Positions 34,144 through 45,127 of a stretch of DNA of 64,000 nucleotides are shown here, one piece after another; position 1 is the first letter of the stretch; every line of letters begins with the position of its first letter. Source of the stretch: an uncultured Gemmatimonadales bacterium (GTDB taxonomy: Bacteria > Gemmatimonadota > Gemmatimonadetes > Gemmatimonadales > GWC2-71-9); NCBI GenBank assembly GCA_963821525.1, contig CAWGED010000019.1, positions 768,001 to 832,000 of the forward strand, given 5' to 3'. Position numbers and translations under genes: made by a program. The notes beneath the pieces were generated by a model, which saw only the letters and a program-made list of their open reading frames with translations, had not been told where the DNA came from and did no database searches.

Positions 34144-34494
34144 TCACATTCTCCCGTAACGGTCCTCTAATCGGACCAGGTCATCGAGTTCGGCGGTTGA
34201 AGCTTCCAAAACATCGGTGTCCACTACGGCCTCGATCTGGTGAATCAGCTTGGCCGGGATATGCACCGATTCTCCCGCGACAAACCGCCGGGATTCCAAC
34301 GTCGCTCCCGGCTTGGTGCGCAGTACCAGCTCGCCCTTGAGGACGTGCATCGTCTCATCCTTCAGGTTGTGGTACTGGAGACTCAGGACGTGCCCCGCCT
34401 TCACATGGAGAATCTTGCCCACGTAGCGGTCGGTGCGAGCCCAGACCAGTTCGTAGCCCCATGGCTTCTCGACGCGGTACGGCGGATCGGCCAT
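34144..34494 (-). CDS. Cupin (mannose-6-phosphate isomerase type II C-terminal-like)
   Basis: KPWGYE, LSLQYH..KDET, D.VRLEDRYGR. Confidence 0.9.
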   Translation of the reverse strand: MADPPYRVEKPWGYELVWARTDRYVGKILHVKAGHVLSLQYHNLKDETMHVLKGELVLRTKPGATLESRRFVAGESVHIPAKLIHQIEAVVDTDVLEASTAELDDLVRLEDRYGRM

Positions 34495-35072
34495 CAGGCC
34501 TCCAGTGGAGTGAGCTGAAATGACGAGGGCGACGTGATGCAGGCCCGGACACAGACCCCGCAGCCGACGCAGCCCTCGGCCTTGATGACGGGATGACCAT
34601 CCTCATCCATCGCGAGCGCTGAGGCTCCTACCGGGCAGGCATCGGCACAGACACGGCAGGTCTGGCCCTTGAAGGTGACGCAGCGCTCCGGAACCAGTTC
34701 CAGGGTCGCAAGACGATAGCCAGTCCAGCCCGCCGATGGGAGGGTAAGGGCGCCAGTCGGGCAAGCTTTGACGCACGGCATGTCGGGGCAGACCGTGCAA
34801 GGCTGGATATTCGAATCAATGTACGGTGTGCCCGCGGCGAATCCCCCTTCGCTCGTGGCAAGACGGATCGCCTTCGGCGGGCATGGGTCCGCACACAGGC
34901 CGCACCTGGTGCAAGCGGCGAGAAAGCCGACTTCCGGCAGCGCACCAGGCGGCCGCTGGTAGCGCTTGGTGACTACCCGCTGCTCTGCCCGTTCCATGGC
35001 GTTCTCCATCCACTGCCCGAAGGTGGATCGGAACAGGGCCCGGCGGTCGGTGGGTTCGTGCGGGATGCGCAT
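34494..35072 (-). CDS. NapG/MauM-like 4Fe-4S ferredoxin
   Basis: RPPGA..FLAACTRCGLC..CP and three further Cys clusters. Confidence 0.88.
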   Translation of the reverse strand: MRIPHEPTDRRALFRSTFGQWMENAMERAEQRVVTKRYQRPPGALPEVGFLAACTRCGLCADPCPPKAIRLATSEGGFAAGTPYIDSNIQPCTVCPDMPCVKACPTGALTLPSAGWTGYRLATLELVPERCVTFKGQTCRVCADACPVGASALAMDEDGHPVIKAEGCVGCGVCVRACITSPSSFQLTPLEA

Positions 35073-35082
35073 TCCGGTCAAA

Positions 35083-38000
35083 CTACCATGCTGCTTCGAA
35101 ACTGAAGAGCCAGCGGAAGCCGAACTCGTCTCCGCCGGGGTGCTGGTCTTGAGCCAGGTCGGGGCGGCTGGTATACAACGGGAAGTCTACCCGAGTGACG
35201 AAGCTGGTCTGGCCCAAGCGGTGTTCGGCGCGGATTCCGGCCCCGGCGTCAGCCAGGAATTCAATGTTGCGGCCGGTGATGGGATCATCCTCATCGGCGA
35301 TAGCATGGCCCGCGTCACCGAATGCGGCGAGACTCACCCGCTTGAACAGCTTCTTCTGGCTCCGGTCGAGCACCGTGCGTTCGAGCTCCAGGTTGGCCGC
35401 GACCAAAGCAGACATCGAGACCGTTGGGTCATACCCGCGCAGGTTACCGCCGCCGGCCATGTGATAGTACACGTCGGGCCGGAGCAATAGCGCGCCCCTC
35501 GATCGGAGAAATGGATTGGTGATTCGTTCCAGCGGGTCGGCGCCCGAGGCGTAGATCTGGCGCTGCTTGGCCGTTTCACCGTCGCCGCCCGCGCTCACCC
35601 CGGCGAAGCCTCGCAGGCCGAGACGCCAGCGCGGGCTGAGGGTCCGGTCGGCCGTTCCTTCCAGCGTGGCACGATAGAAGTACGGATCGAGGTCATTGCG
35701 GCCGGTGGCATTGGCGAGCCCGCGGCTGTTGTAGACCAGGCCGCCCCCTGCAGTGCCTTTGAGGCCCAGCTGCCAGGGGCCACGCCGGTCGCGAACGCCG
35801 GCTGACAACTCGAGCTCAGCGGTTCCCACATCCTCATACTCACCCGGCACGAGGAATCGAGCGTCATCCGGAACCACCCACCGAAGCCGGAGTCCGACTT
35901 CGCGCTCGGGCCCGAAGCTCAGATGCGGGCGATGAGTGCGCTCTACCGATAGCACCGCACCGTAGCGGCCTTCGACATTGAAGACGTCGAGCGTCTGGGT
36001 CATGCCGGGGCTCCGGAGCCAGACCGGATTCCTGAGCCGCACGAATTCATCGAGGTCGAGCACGTCCTCGTCGGTGGCCCAACCGGTGCCGCCGCTCACC
36101 AGGAACTGATTCTGCTCAAACCGCCCGAAGTAGTCGCTGCGCGAGCGGAGACCCAGGGTGATCCCGCCGGCGTCGTTGTACCAGACAGTCGGGAGAAACC
36201 CGATTGTCCCCTCGTCCCGGTGTACCGGGGTCGAGAAGTAAGTGTCGAGATACAGATCGTAGTCCCGCCCGCCCAACGGATGGAAGCCGAACTTCTTCTG
36301 GTTGTTCAGCATGTCCCAATCGCGGGTCTGCACCCGAGGATCGAGCAAGACTTCTTTCGGCTCGCTTCGGGTCTCGACCGTCACCCATTCCCGCTCCGCC
36401 TGGCCGATCGAACGTACGGCCGCCGTATCGCTCTGGCCGATAACCCAAACCTCGACCGGAATCCTCCCCGGCGACTTTCGCACCACTTCCACCCTGGTGG
36501 ACCATCCGGAGTCGGTCTTCTTCCGCTCCTTACGCCCAATGGTGTAGTCGGTCAGGTCGGTGCCGTGCAGACCCTGGGCGAAGAAGCCGGTCAGGTCCAT
36601 CCCCGAGACCTCCTCCGCCACCTCGCGGAAGGCTTCCTCGTCCACGTGCTTGAGCTTCCAGCGATCGTAGTAGGTGCGGAGGATGCGGTGCATCGTCTCG
36701 TCGCCCACCAGATACTGGAGCTGGTGGAAGAACTGCTCGCCCCGGGTGTAGATGCTGATGTTGTAACTCGTGAAGTCCTTGTAATACTCGCTCTGCAGGC
36801 TCGCAGGCTCGGACTGGCCATCGAGGTCGAGCCCGGTAATAAATGCTTCGTCTCCGGCGGCACCACCGAACTGCCCGTTCGCCTCGTCGAATAGCGTGGT
36901 CTGGTAACTGGTGAATCCTTCGTCCAGCCAGCCCTCCCGCCACTCGTTGTTGGCGAGAATCCCCATCAGGTAGTTGTGTCCCAGCTCGTGCACGATCAGC
37001 CCCTGATCCGCCGAGCCATCGTGAATCATCATGGGGAACTCGGTGCCGCCGCCCTCGATCCGGTGCACGTTGCTGATCTGGGGCCAGGCGAACTTCCCGA
37101 ACACCCCATCCAGCCACTCCAGTGCCTTCGCGGTTCGCTGCACCGCCACTCCTCCACCCCAGGAGGTGGTGTCTCCCGGCTGGTAAAGCACATGGATCGC
37201 GACGTCACCCCAGTGGCCGCCTTCGTAGCGATAGTCGGGATTCATCGACATGGCGAAGTGATGGACGTCTTCGGCGTACCAGATCACTCGTTTGCGACCT
37301 GAAGCCGGCGGGGCGATCGTCCGGATCGAGCCGCAGCTTGGTGCCTTCGGGTAGATCTCGCGCTGATACTCGATGGGTTGGCTCGGCACCTGATTGGCGC
37401 GTTCCCAACCAGGATCACCGCACAGCGGCACCCCCGTAGCACCCATCACCTCGTCTTCGGGAAGATCCAGATGCACGAGGAAGGTCGCGAACTCACCGTA
37501 GAACTCGCCGCCCGGGTAGAGCGGATGTTCCTCCCAACCATGTTTGTCGTAGACCACGACCTTGGGATACCACTGGGCAAAGTCGTACGCCCGCCCCCGG
37601 CGACCCTGCCGACGCGGGAGAGTCGAGGGACGGGCATCCCATTCCATTCCCACTTGCATCGAACCGCCTGGAGGAAGCGGCCGAGGTAGCACGAACCGCA
37701 CGATCGTGCTGTCGGGTGCGAAGGGATAGATCGGTTCGACCGTCTCTCCCATGATCCTCACGTTCCGAACGTGGTTGTAGGCGTAGTCCGGATCTTTGAG
37801 GTCGTTGAATCGCCTCCTGCGCTCTACCGAGTCGGCATCGCTCCACCGCGAGCCGGGACGAAATGCATTGAGATAGAGGTGCAACGAGAAGGTGGTGAGA
37901 GTATCGGGGGAGTTATTGACGTACACGATGCGCTCGCCGCCGGCCAGCTCGAATCGTGACTCGTCCAGCCGCGCATTGATATCATACCGCACGCCCTGTT

Positions 38001-38102
38001 GCCAATAAGCGGCGCGAGGCGACGGGCTGACTTGGGCAGGGATGGCGGGCGAAGAGACGGACAAAGCGAACAGGGCGAACGGTGGGCGCGCGACGCAGTC
38101 AT
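35083..38102 (-). CDS. M1 family metallopeptidase with C-terminal beta-barrel-like domain
   Basis: GGTEFP, HELGH..(18)..E; C-terminal beta strands, NLRGY, ends FSFEAAW; start approximate. Confidence 0.88.
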
Positions 38103-38243
38103 GGCAAGAATTGAAGGTGAGAGAGTAAATGATATCACGCGCCGAAGCGCCCTGGCAGGATTCACTCCGGCATAGCACGAAGGCCCACCCAATTCGAGTG
38201 AGCCTTCAAACCTTCGAACCGCCGAACCCGACCGCCGAGCCGC

Positions 38244-38781
38244 TTACCGCGCTAGAAGCTGCCTGCGCAGTCGAACCAGCCTGCGACGGACCGAGCCGTC
38301 ATAGACCCGATCTCCTACCCGGACGATCACCCCACCCAGGATGGCCGGCTCCACCTCGAAATCGGGCAACACCTGCTTGCCGATCGCCTTGGTGAGATCC
38401 TCGGCGATCTTCTTCCGCAGCTTCTCGTCCACCGCGCGAGCGACCGTCACCTTGGCCCGCACCCGGTCGAGCTTGATGTCCACCAGCGCCAGATACTCCG
38501 ACGCCATCGTCGCCGAACAACCGCTGGCGGCCCCGCTTCACCACCGACTGGAGGAACAGCACGAAGTCCCGCGGAGCATCAGGAAGGGCCTTCGCCAGGA
38601 TCCGGGACTTCTCCGCCTTGGTGATCCGGGGCGACATCAGAACCGCTTCGATACGCGGCGTCGACCCGACTGCGTGAGCCACCGCGTCGAGCAGGTCGGC
38701 GTACAACGCGGTGTGGCCGCTCTGCTCCCCCAGCTGAAAGAGTGCCTCAGCGTAATTCCGGGCGATGGTGACCGGCCTCAA
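38244..38781 (-). CDS. atpH: ATP synthase F1 delta subunit (frameshift near 38510)
   Basis: IARNYAEALF; PAILGGVIVRVGDRVYDGSV. Confidence 0.92.
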
Positions 38782-39326
38782 TTGCTCTTCCCCAGGGAGT
38801 TGATGTAGCCCTGGACGAAGGCGCGATCGGCGTCATCATCGAACCGCTGTTCCACCAGACGCGCCGCAGCCGCCAGCGACAGATCAACCGCTTCCCGCCG
38901 CAGGTCGGCGATGGCCTTCTCCCGCTCCTCCGCGATGTCCCGCCGCGCCCGGTCCAGCAGCGCCTCCTGCTCATGGCGGGTCTTCTCCAGTGCCGTAGCC
39001 CGCTCCTTCTCGGCCGTGACCTTCACCTCGGCCATGAGCGCCTGGGCCTCGGCCCTGGCCTGGGCCAGCTGACGCCGGTTCTCCTCCAGCAGGCTCTTGG
39101 CTTCGGTGTTGGCCTTCTCCGCCTCGCTCAACTGCCGCTGGATGGCCTGCTCCCGCTCCTCGGTGACTTTGAGGATCGCGGGGAAGGCAAACTTCTTGAG
39201 CATCCACAGGAGCACCAGGAAGACGGCCCAGGTCCAGAAGAACAGACCGAAGTTCACCTCGAACGGCGAAGCGGGACCGGCGTGCTCCGCTTCCTGGACC
39301 ATGCCAGCCAGCAGCATGAGTGTCAT
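38778..39326 (-). CDS. atpF: ATP synthase F0 subunit b
   Basis: GLFFWT..F.VLL..LKKFAFP followed by a coiled coil. Confidence 0.95.
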   Translation of the reverse strand: MTLMLLAGMVQEAEHAGPASPFEVNFGLFFWTWAVFLVLLWMLKKFAFPAILKVTEEREQAIQRQLSEAEKANTEAKSLLEENRRQLAQARAEAQALMAEVKVTAEKERATALEKTRHEQEALLDRARRDIAEEREKAIADLRREAVDLSLAAAARLVEQRFDDDADRAFVQGYINSLGKSN

Positions 39327-39336
39327 CGGAACGTCC

Positions 39337-39618
39337 TCAGATCAGCTTGAACAGCAGGGCAAACACCAACGCGATGATCGTGACGCCCTCAAGGAGCACC
39401 GCGAACAGAAGGCCTGCGGCGCGAATCTCGCCGGCCGCCTCCGGCTGACGGGCGATAGCCTCAGCCACCTGGCCGCCAATGCGACCCAACCCGATTCCGC
39501 CGCCGATCACCGCCAGGCCCAGTCCGATACCGGCGCCGAGCAGGCCGTTGATGTTCTTGGCGGCATCGACGCTGAGTCCACCCGCCGCATCCTGTACCAG
39601 CGCAAGCAAGTTCAACAT
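39337..39618 (-). CDS. atpE: ATP synthase F0 subunit c
   Basis: Gly-rich GGGIGLG helix, ARQPEA loop, conserved Glu in LLEG. Confidence 0.96.
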   Translation of the reverse strand: MLNLLALVQDAAGGLSVDAAKNINGLLGAGIGLGLAVIGGGIGLGRIGGQVAEAIARQPEAAGEIRAAGLLFAVLLEGVTIIALVFALLFKLI

Positions 39619-39802
39619 GTTGGCTCCACTTTCCGCTCCGGGAGATCAAGGATCACTTGCGCGCCCGCCGGCCGGCCCGTCGAGTCTCCCGCTCGACGCC
39701 GTCACCGTGGCTCACCAACGGCCCGAAGGCCAGTGAGCTTTGTCTACCGTTCGGCAGACTGACAATCCAGAGCAGCGCGGACGCGCGGTGCCCGGGGTTC
39801 CT

Positions 39803-39886
39803 TTCTCACTCCTTACTCCTCACGTCCTCACTCCTTACTCCTCACTCTCACTCTCACGTCTCACTTCTCACGTCTCACGTCTCACG
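39803..39886. repeat. One-sided degenerate 7-mer array (nnCTCAC, about 12 units) between atpB and atpE
   Basis: ttctcactccttactcctcacgtcctcac..gtctcacgtctcac. Confidence 0.85.
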
Positions 39887-39895
39887 CCGTTGGGT

Positions 39896-40766
39896 TTAGT
39901 GCTCGTGCTGCATCAATCCTATGAACACCGCGGTGAGCAGCGCGAACACATAGGCCTGCAGAACACCAACAATCAGCTCCAGCAGCATGATGCCTGTTAC
40001 CAGCGCCGCCGTCACGAAGCCGATGAAGTAGCTGGCCACTCCCAGCGACCCGAACAGGAAGATGATCCCGAAGAGAGAGAGGATCACGAAATGGCCGGCC
40101 GTCATGTTGCCGAAGAGACGGACCGCGAGCGCGAACGGCTTTACCAGTTTGCTGAGAATCTCGATCGGGGCCATGAACACGGACATCGCCACCGCGCCCA
40201 CCCCATGCATGCCCGGAACGTGCGGAAAGATGGTGCCCAGATATCCCTTGGGGCCCAATTGGACGAAGCCCGCAATCTCGATCACCAGGAACGACAGGAT
40301 AGCCAGCGCTCCGGTCACCGCGAGGTTGCCGGTGATCGTGGTGGCGAAGGGGAGGAGCCCGAACAGATTGGCGAACAGAATGAAGAAGAACAGGCTCAGG
40401 ATCAGAGGAACGAACTTGGCGCCGGTCTCCCGTCCGATGTTCGCGATCGCGATGTCATCCCGCACCCAAAGGACCATGCCTTCCATGGCTCCAGCGAACC
40501 CGGTCGGCGCCTTTTGGTCGGCCCGCTGACGCTTGAGGGCCCGTCCCGTCCACCACATCACCAGGAAGGTGAACGCGGCGACGACGAACAGGAAAAAGAC
40601 GTGCTTGGTGATCGAGAGATTGACCGTCAATGGCCCGAGGTGGGTATCCGGCCACCGAGGGAAAATGGATGGCCGGCAGACCGTAGATCGGCTCCCAGGT
40701 CCAGGCGTCGGCAGTGTGGTGCAGGACCATCTCGCCGATGTTGGGCTTCGTTCCCTGCAGAATCAT
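39896..40766 (-). CDS. atpB: ATP synthase F0 subunit a (frameshift near 40640)
   Basis: KPFALAVRLFGNMTAGH, LQAYVFALLT. Confidence 0.95.
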
Positions 40767-41104
40767 CGAACCCAGCGAACCTCGAGAAAGAGAAGCGGCA
40801 CCAGCACGCCCAGGAATCCCAGCGCTGATGGAAGCGGTGGGAAAACAGTCCGATCGATCACAATCGCGGCGGCCAGGGCGGCAACCCCGGCGAGCCGCAG
40901 TCCCATCCCCTCGGCGAAGCCCTTGAGGGGGCCCGTACCCGGCTCATGCCAGGTGCGTCGAAGCCGGGTTAGCGCCACGCCCTCAATCGCTGTACCCAGG
41001 GCGCCGAAGGCCAGCCCGGGGAGGAGAGCTGCGCGCCCCCAATAGAGCACCAGCACCACCGTTACCAGGACGGTGAGCGCCACGCCCCAACCGACCGCCT
41101 TCAT
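40763..41104 (-). CDS. ATP synthase protein I-like membrane protein
   Basis: Four hydrophobic helices; position in the atp operon. Confidence 0.7.
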   Translation of the reverse strand: MKAVGWGVALTVLVTVVLVLYWGRAALLPGLAFGALGTAIEGVALTRLRRTWHEPGTGPLKGFAEGMGLRLAGVAALAAAIVIDRTVFPPLPSALGFLGVLVPLLFLEVRWVR

Positions 41105-41364
41105 TCCTTGCGGTCGTATTTGTGGGGGTGCTCCGCCTCATACTCGCGCTCGTCCGCCCGGAGCTTGTTGAACACCCAGACGAAGCTCAGAACGGCCCCC
41201 AGGAGCGTCCCAGCCACCGTAAATAGCGGGGAGAGCTTGAGCCAGCGGTCCAGCAGGAATCCCAGCCCCATGAACAGCACAATGCCAAGGGCAAAGCTGA
41301 TCCCTAGCGAGACGTACTTATAGCCGGTTCCCAGCTCTTCGGAAGACCGCTTTTCTGGGGTCAT
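41101..41364 (-). CDS. AtpZ/AtpI family protein
   Basis: GLGFLLDRWL..P.F..G..LG motif; first gene of the operon. Confidence 0.85.
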   Translation of the reverse strand: MTPEKRSSEELGTGYKYVSLGISFALGIVLFMGLGFLLDRWLKLSPLFTVAGTLLGAVLSFVWVFNKLRADEREYEAEHPHKYDRKE

Positions 41365-41386
41365 AAACCGGGCTCAAAATACCCGC

Positions 41387-41404
41387 TTGTGAAAAATTTC
41401 GCAA
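41387..41404. promoter_or_regulatory. Putative Rex operator
   Basis: TTGTGAA-AAAT-TTCGCAA; one mismatch to TTGTGAA-W4-TTCACAA; 22 bp upstream of the atp operon start. Confidence 0.7.
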
Positions 41405-41419
41405 ACCCTGGACTACCCC

Positions 41420-42637
41420 TTAAAAGGCCTCCGCTACGGCCACGTAAAACTGCCCCCCGTCAGACCCGAAGGCCGCATCCACCCGGTAGTTGAGCGGATA
41501 CTTCTTCGTAAGCTGAAAGCGCAGTCCCGCCCCCGCCGCGGCTCGCAAATCCCCGCCGTCAAACTGGGCCGGCGTGGGGGAAATACCCGCGACCCCTCCG
41601 AACACCGCGAACCCGAACCTGCCGCCGATCTTCCGCCGGTATTCCGCCTGGAAACTGGCCTGGAAGCGGTCCTGGTAGCGACCGACCTGATAGCCCCGGA
41701 TGCCCTTCAATTCACCAATGCTGCAGTAATTGCTGATCGGGACATCTCCGCTGACATAGCACCCGTCCACGCCGAGTGCAAGGACTTGGCGGCCCTCGGC
41801 CCAGCCGTGGTAGAAATCGATGTAACCATAAGTCCGTTGGTAAGTGCTGTCCGAAGCGAAGCCGTCGAAAGACATCGTGGTTGCGAGAGAGCTGTTCCAG
41901 CCGCGGACGGGATAGTACGTGTTGTCGCGGGAATCGAATTGCACCACGGGAGCAAGGCCGAGGCTGTTCACCGACCCTGTGAGTCCGGCGAATTGGGCCA
42001 ATTCGGGTGGGACGGTATTGCTGTTGATGCTGAACTCGGAATGGACGTATTGCGCGCGCACACCACCGTACAAGTCTCCGCTCACCCGGCGGAGTCCCTG
42101 GCCAAAAAGGAAGCTCACCGGCTGTTTGATCTCGACCGATTTCCCGTCGGTACCAGCGTCCGTCCCGAAGCCGAAGAAGTCGTAGAACAGCTTGAAGTAT
42201 CCGAGCCCGCCGGCCGCACGCCATGCGTCTCCATCGAAATGGGCAATGCCCGCCAACATTGCTCCCCAGGTGCCGTTATCCGACGCGTAGCCGAGGAGCA
42301 TGCCGGTCGAGGGAGGAGTCTCGGGATGGTCATCCAGCTTTCGAAATGCCATTCCCGTCAGGGCGATTCCGAAGCCGAACTGCGCGTTGTAATTGGGAAT
42401 CGGCGCGACGGCGAAGGTGGTTCCCCGGTCAGGATTGACCACCTCCGAGTCGCGCCCGACATCCTCGGGTGTCATTGGTGCGCCCCGAGAGGGGGACTCG
42501 GCGGCCGGAGGGGCGAACCATTCGGTGGTTGTATCCGCCTGGGCACGGAGCCCGGCGGGAATCAGAACGAGGGCAAGTGCCAGCGCTGCCCCACCCAACC
42601 TCTCAACCAATCCACTCGTGCGTTCGGCAGTCGCCAT
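41420..42637 (-). CDS. Omp85/BamA-TamA family beta-barrel without POTRA domains
   Basis: FDSRDN..P.RG, GIRGY, GAGLRF, C-terminal ..VAEAF. Confidence 0.85.
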   Translation of the reverse strand: MATAERTSGLVERLGGAALALALVLIPAGLRAQADTTTEWFAPPAAESPSRGAPMTPEDVGRDSEVVNPDRGTTFAVAPIPNYNAQFGFGIALTGMAFRKLDDHPETPPSTGMLLGYASDNGTWGAMLAGIAHFDGDAWRAAGGLGYFKLFYDFFGFGTDAGTDGKSVEIKQPVSFLFGQGLRRVSGDLYGGVRAQYVHSEFSINSNTVPPELAQFAGLTGSVNSLGLAPVVQFDSRDNTYYPVRGWNSSLATTMSFDGFASDSTYQRTYGYIDFYHGWAEGRQVLALGVDGCYVSGDVPISNYCSIGELKGIRGYQVGRYQDRFQASFQAEYRRKIGGRFGFAVFGGVAGISPTPAQFDGGDLRAAAGAGLRFQLTKKYPLNYRVDAAFGSDGGQFYVAVAEAF

Positions 42638-42834
42638 CGCCCTTCCGTTTCAGTTGGGAAGACAGGTACCAAGGTCACATCGAATGTCGTGGCCGATAGT
42701 GTCCTTTGGTGCATCTCCCGGAATGTCCCGAAAGGGCACGGGACAAGACGTTTGCCGCAATTCCTGAAACGGGCTAAGCTCCAAGACGTACGTCGTTCGT
42801 CGCCATTGCCGGTTCACCGCTTTTCCGTGATCTG

Positions 42835-43845
42835 ATGACCGTAACCCAAGCCCCCAGTTCCGACATCCAGCAGCTCGAGCGACTCGCCTCCGCCGTGGGG
42901 AGTCTCCGCACGCAGGTCGCCCGACGGATCGTGGGACAACAGGAGGTAGTGGACGGGATCCTGACAGCGGTTCTCGCCGGCGGGCATGCCCTGTTGATTG
43001 GGGTCCCCGGCCTGGCTAAGACGCTGATGGTCTCAACCGTCGCCGAGGCGCTTCGCCTCGGCTTCAATCGGGTCCAGTTCACCCCCGATCTGATGCCCAG
43101 CGACATCACCGGAACCGAGATCATTGAGGAGGATCCGGCGACCGGCAAGCGCGCTTTTCGTTTCGTCCACGGCCCCATCTTCGCCAACGTCGTCCTGGCG
43201 GACGAAATCAATCGGACCCCGCCCAAGACCCAGGCAGCGCTGCTCCAGGCCATGCAGGAGCACAACGTCACCGCGGCCGGCGGGACTTACCCGCTTCCCG
43301 AGCCGTTCTTCGTACTCGCTACCCAGAACCCGATCGAGCAGGAGGGGACCTATCCGCTTCCCGAAGCCCAGCTCGACCGGTTCATGCTGGAGCTGAGGGT
43401 TGGATATCCCAGCCGGAGCGAGGAGGAGTCCATCGTGGAGCAGACCACCGGGAGCCGGAAGGAGCGGCTCGACCCGGTGCTGGATGCGGAAGCGCTGCGT
43501 GGAATGCAGGACCTGGTGCGGCGGATTCCGGTCTCGAAGGAACTGATTCGCGCCTCGGTGACGCTAGCCCGGATGACCCGTCCAGCGGATGGCCAAGCCC
43601 CCGCTTTCATCAAGGAATTCGTGGAATGGGGAGCCGGACCCCGCGCTTCTCAGTACCTCGTCCTCGGCGCCAAGGCGCGGGCAGCGCTGGAGGGTCGCCC
43701 GATGGCTGACCTGGACGATGTGCGGGCGGTTGCTCCGGCGGTACTTCGCCACCGGGTGCTGACCAACTTCTCAGCCGAAGCGGCTGGGCGGAACAGCGAA
43801 GATGTGGTGCAGGAACTGCTGGCGGGTGGTGGCTGGCTTCCCTGA
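42835..43845 (+). CDS. MoxR family AAA+ ATPase
   Basis: GVPGLAKT, QFTPDLMPSDITG, DEINRTPPKTQ, ATQNPIEQEGTYPLPEAQLDRF. Confidence 0.96.
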   Translation: MTVTQAPSSDIQQLERLASAVGSLRTQVARRIVGQQEVVDGILTAVLAGGHALLIGVPGLAKTLMVSTVAEALRLGFNRVQFTPDLMPSDITGTEIIEEDPATGKRAFRFVHGPIFANVVLADEINRTPPKTQAALLQAMQEHNVTAAGGTYPLPEPFFVLATQNPIEQEGTYPLPEAQLDRFMLELRVGYPSRSEEESIVEQTTGSRKERLDPVLDAEALRGMQDLVRRIPVSKELIRASVTLARMTRPADGQAPAFIKEFVEWGAGPRASQYLVLGAKARAALEGRPMADLDDVRAVAPAVLRHRVLTNFSAEAAGRNSEDVVQELLAGGGWLP

Positions 43846-43850
43846 AGGCG

Positions 43851-44978
43851 TCAAGCCACCATAAGCAGAACGAACAGCATCAACCCCAGGGAATGGAAAA
43901 CCGAATCAAACACCCCGCTCAATAACGTCCCGATCAGGATCTGCTCGTCCTGGGTCAGCTCATCTCCGCTGGCCTTTTCCCAAACCGGAAAACCTCCGTC
44001 ATCTCTCGTCGCCGTCGCGAAGATCTGGCCATTACCCCTTAGGGTAAGTTCGGTCGTGTACAGGCGAGAGCCACCATCGAAATCCTGGAATCCTGCCAGG
44101 CGCACCGACTTCTTACCCTTGTTCAGCAGGACGTCAATCGCAGTGTGCGAGTTCTCTGAGCTGGGATTGAAGGTGTCGACGAAGTCGAAATGCAGACTCT
44201 CCACCGGCCCGACCAGGTCCAGCTTCACGCTTTGGTTCCGGGAGTTGACCTGCGTGAAATGCAGATTGAAGTCCATCGGGTCTGCACCCCTCGAGAGAAT
44301 TCCCTCGGCCACCAGGTCGAACCCGTCGCTGATCGGGACCCCATTATCCGGCAGGGTGACGGTGTAGTCCGCGTAGGTCTCCTGAGCCATTCCGGTCACC
44401 CGGACGCTGACCTGGAACGTCTCCGCGTCACTCAGGTCCTCCACGTCCAGCGTTCCCACCTGAGTCCCGGGATCCAAGGTCCCTGCCGCCACGTCGTACA
44501 GGACGAAGCGCACGCCGTGGGCCGGCCCCTGGTCGGAACCGTTGTCTTCGTATTGCCGGGTAAGGGGATTGAACTCGTAGACGTTGCCATAGAACCGGTC
44601 GTCGATCGCGTCGCTCATGGTGCGGAATTGGCGGCCGCCCGGATGCGGGAGACCGTGGGCCCATTTCGCGAACGGCCGGCTCGACGGGTCCCCCGGCGCC
44701 GTCGTCACTAGGGATCCGACCTGAAGCACCGCGACCAACTGCGACCCGTGACCTCGGGAAAGCACGTCCAGCGCGCCCGCCCCAAACTCCGCAACATTTT
44801 CCACCCCGACCAGCGGGCCGTTGGTGAGCGTCCCCACCATGTCCTTCATGCTGGTCACCAACCCCTGCGGGTCGTCGATCGCGGCCTCACTCGGCCCACT
44901 ACTATCCCCGCAGGCGCCGAGGAGGGACACCAGCGCAAGCCCGGATGCCGGCAAGAGAGGCCGTAACATGAGACTCAT
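43851..44978 (-). CDS. Hypothetical lipoprotein (paralog of 45128-46270)
   Basis: LLGAC lipobox; shared GP..GVRFVLYD block. Confidence 0.8.
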   Translation of the reverse strand: MSLMLRPLLPASGLALVSLLGACGDSSGPSEAAIDDPQGLVTSMKDMVGTLTNGPLVGVENVAEFGAGALDVLSRGHGSQLVAVLQVGSLVTTAPGDPSSRPFAKWAHGLPHPGGRQFRTMSDAIDDRFYGNVYEFNPLTRQYEDNGSDQGPAHGVRFVLYDVAAGTLDPGTQVGTLDVEDLSDAETFQVSVRVTGMAQETYADYTVTLPDNGVPISDGFDLVAEGILSRGADPMDFNLHFTQVNSRNQSVKLDLVGPVESLHFDFVDTFNPSSENSHTAIDVLLNKGKKSVRLAGFQDFDGGSRLYTTELTLRGNGQIFATATRDDGGFPVWEKASGDELTQDEQILIGTLLSGVFDSVFHSLGLMLFVLLMVA

Positions 44979-45127
44979 GATGGATCCAAGGTTCGACGGA
45001 GTTCCGTCTTTGTCCAGACGAGGACCGACCTCCGTCCTGCACATCGAAACGACTGGCCTTCAAGCCAAACCGGCCCGGATCAATTGACCCGGGCCGGTTC
45101 TCCCTACGAGACATCCCTGCTGGCTGG

